This document shows, piece after piece, positions 62,562-64,000 of a DNA stretch of 64,000 nt; within the stretch, counting starts at the first letter, position 1, and every line of letters starts with the position of its first letter. The notes below the pieces were generated by a model. The model did no database searches. It was not told the DNA's origin and worked only from the letters and a program-made list of their open reading frames with translations. The stretch covers positions 7,298-71,297 of the forward strand of contig JANXCC010000006.1 of the NCBI GenBank assembly GCA_025060395.1, written 5' to 3'. The position numbers were made by a program, and so were the translations under genes. The stretch comes from Candidatus Bipolaricaulota bacterium (GTDB taxonomy: Bacteria; Bipolaricaulota; Bipolaricaulia; RBG-16-55-9; DRXL01).

Positions 62562-63436
62562 GCCTCCTTCTTTTCTTGCTTGAACGCCTGCGCTGCATAA
62601 TCTCTCAAAGGTTCGAGAAAGCGCTCAAACTCCATAGGGAAGACGAACTTGGTTGCGGGGCTGGCACCGAGCGCCTTCAGCGCCTCAAGATACTGCAAGC
62701 TCAAGGTCTTGACGTCCACGTTCTGAGCCACTTCGTAGATCTTCTGCAGCGCCAAGGCGAAGCCTTCAGCTCGTAGGATCGCCGCTTGGCGATCTCCTTC
62801 GGCTTTTAAGATCGCTGCTTGCTTTTCGCCTTCAGCGACCTTAACCGCTGCTTCGCGCTTGCCATCAGCTTCGGTGACTACAGCGCGACGCGTGCGCTCC
62901 GCGGACATCTGGCGGATCATGGCGTCTTGGACATCCTTGGGGGGCAGGATCTCCTTGATCTCTACCGTGGTCACTTTCACGCCCCAGCGGTCGGTGACTT
63001 CATCGAGTTTGGCTCTTAAGATTTGATTGATCTGCTCGCGGCGCGCCAGGACATCATCTAAAGGGATGTCGCCAATCACAGCACGCAGGGTCGTCATAGC
63101 GATGCCTGTGGCCGCCCCGGCGAAGTCCGCTACCTGGATGACGCTGGCTAAGGGATCAAAGATCTTCCAGTAGACGAGAAAGTCTACTGAGATCGGCGCG
63201 TTATCACGAGTGATGCACGTCTGGGGCGGCACATCGAGAAAGCGCTCACGCAGATCGACCCAGACGGGTTTATCAATGAACGGGATGAGCACAACAAATC
63301 CCGGCCCGCGCGGCTGCGGCAGCGCTCGCCCTAGCCGAAAGACCACTAATCTTTGATATTCCGGCACGATCTTGATGGCCATCGCTGCTAACATCAAAAC
63401 AACCCCAACGATAATCACCAAAATGACCCATTCCAT
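62558..63436 (-). CDS. SPFH/band-7 (stomatin-like) membrane protein
   Basis: TM anchor, then IVPEYQRLVVFRLGR...VDLRE...TRDNAPISVDFLVYW...ERTRRAVVTEADGKREAAV. Start chosen at MEWVILVII. Confidence 0.9.
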   Translation of the reverse strand: MEWVILVIIVGVVLMLAAMAIKIVPEYQRLVVFRLGRALPQPRGPGFVVLIPFIDKPVWVDLRERFLDVPPQTCITRDNAPISVDFLVYWKIFDPLASVIQVADFAGAATGIAMTTLRAVIGDIPLDDVLARREQINQILRAKLDEVTDRWGVKVTTVEIKEILPPKDVQDAMIRQMSAERTRRAVVTEADGKREAAVKVAEGEKQAAILKAEGDRQAAILRAEGFALALQKIYEVAQNVDVKTLSLQYLEALKALGASPATKFVFPMEFERFLEPLRDYAAQAFKQEKKEA

Positions 63437-63440
63437 AGCT

Positions 63441-64000
63441 TCACGCTCCCTGTTTAGGTGGTGATTCAGCAACGACGCGCAGCCGCAACCCATGCGCCTC
63501 TACAACGCGCACCCGTGCTCCCTCAGGAATTGAGCCCGCGACGGCCTCTGCCGTCCACTCTTCTCCGTGAACATAGACCGTGCCAAGGGGATTGAGGGCG
63601 GTCTTAGCGATCCCGATCTCGCCGACTAAGTGCCCAAGCTGTGCCGGGGGCACCCGGTGAGCCCGCCATCCCCCGCGCACGGCAATCAAAAAGAATCCCA
63701 CAAGCCCAGCTGTCATGACGCCGATAGCCCACGGGCTCACGGTGAAAGTCGGCTCAGCGGCCTCAGGCAATCGAAACGGCCGGAAGAGCAAGAGCGACCC
63801 CAGAACAAACGCGATCGCGCCCACAACCGAGAGCGCATAGCCTTGGACCTTCAAATCTATGACGATAAGCGCTAAGCCCAGCGCTAAGAGCGCTAAGCCG
63901 CCCCAGTTCAAGGGCAGACTGCCAAGCGCCACAAAAGCTAATAACAATAGAATAGCCCCAAGAGTTCCAATAATGAGTTCCCCAGCGTAGAACGCCGCGA
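63441..64000 (-). CDS. NfeD-family protein (C-terminal TM and OB-fold part; 5' end outside window)
   Basis: The frame is open to the window edge. TM helices followed by GEIGIAKTALNPLGTVYVHGEEWTAEAV...GARVRVVEAHGLRLRV (NfeD OB domain). Lies directly upstream of the SPFH gene, the classical pairing. Confidence 0.8.
   Translation of the reverse strand, partial: AAFYAGELIIGTLGAILLLLAFVALGSLPLNWGGLALLALGLALIVIDLKVQGYALSVVGAIAFVLGSLLLFRPFRLPEAAEPTFTVSPWAIGVMTAGLVGFFLIAVRGGWRAHRVPPAQLGHLVGEIGIAKTALNPLGTVYVHGEEWTAEAVAGSIPEGARVRVVEAHGLRLRVVAESPPKQGA

Noticed and set aside
1-64000. CRISPR arrays, tRNA/rRNA genes, transposases, integrases, prophage or plasmid backbone genes.
   Set aside because: I looked for spaced direct repeats and for non-coding stretches long enough to hold RNA genes. 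The largest gaps are about 80-180 bp and contain only promoter-like or palindromic sequence. No translation resembles a recombinase or transposase.

Overview
This is a very densely packed chromosomal segment from a moderately GC-rich bacterium; I cannot assign a lineage from sequence alone. I count about 57 protein-coding genes. I found no tRNA, rRNA, CRISPR array, transposase or integrase, and the longest non-coding gaps are about 80-180 bp.

Most of the content is housekeeping:
- secA, rny and rimP-nusA
- rluD-like, pgsA-like, pdxS and pdxT
- gap, comF, dnaG-rpoD-miaA and coaBC
- SufU and a rhodanese
- a two-component module built around a 1282-aa hybrid kinase
- a heterodimeric ABC exporter
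- a 2-oxoacid dehydrogenase locus with lipA

No canonical defence or mobile system is visible. The observations that deserve a second look are:
1. lipA sits behind a near-consensus leaderless-type promoter and an ATG, but an in-frame TGA falls at the seventh codon, ahead of the conserved LipA N-terminus.
2. Two tandem E1-beta paralogues share a 167-bp nearly identical tract (one mismatch) inside otherwise diverged DNA, which looks like gene conversion.
3. The dehydrogenase locus is split by a roughly 9-kb cassette of secreted proteins: an S9 peptidase, a GH114 plus clan GH-A-like hydrolase, a 1433-aa beta-helix/DUF11/propeller protein and a small OMP-like barrel.
4. A LarC gene sits next to a fused LarE-LarB gene, with no LarA in the window.
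5. An alkyltransferase-like (Cys to Ser) domain is fused to endonuclease V, in an apparent operon with ParA, a small RHH protein and an HD hydrolase.
6. An NfeD-SPFH operon continues into a permuted, cluster-less RnfC-like protein flanked by two membrane-anchored unknowns.
7. Several genes, including secA and rimP, have a -10 box 6-9 nt upstream of the start codon and no Shine-Dalgarno (leaderless pattern).
8. All six convergent gene pairs abut or overlap.

All calls come from reading the translations and the DNA by eye. No database search was run.
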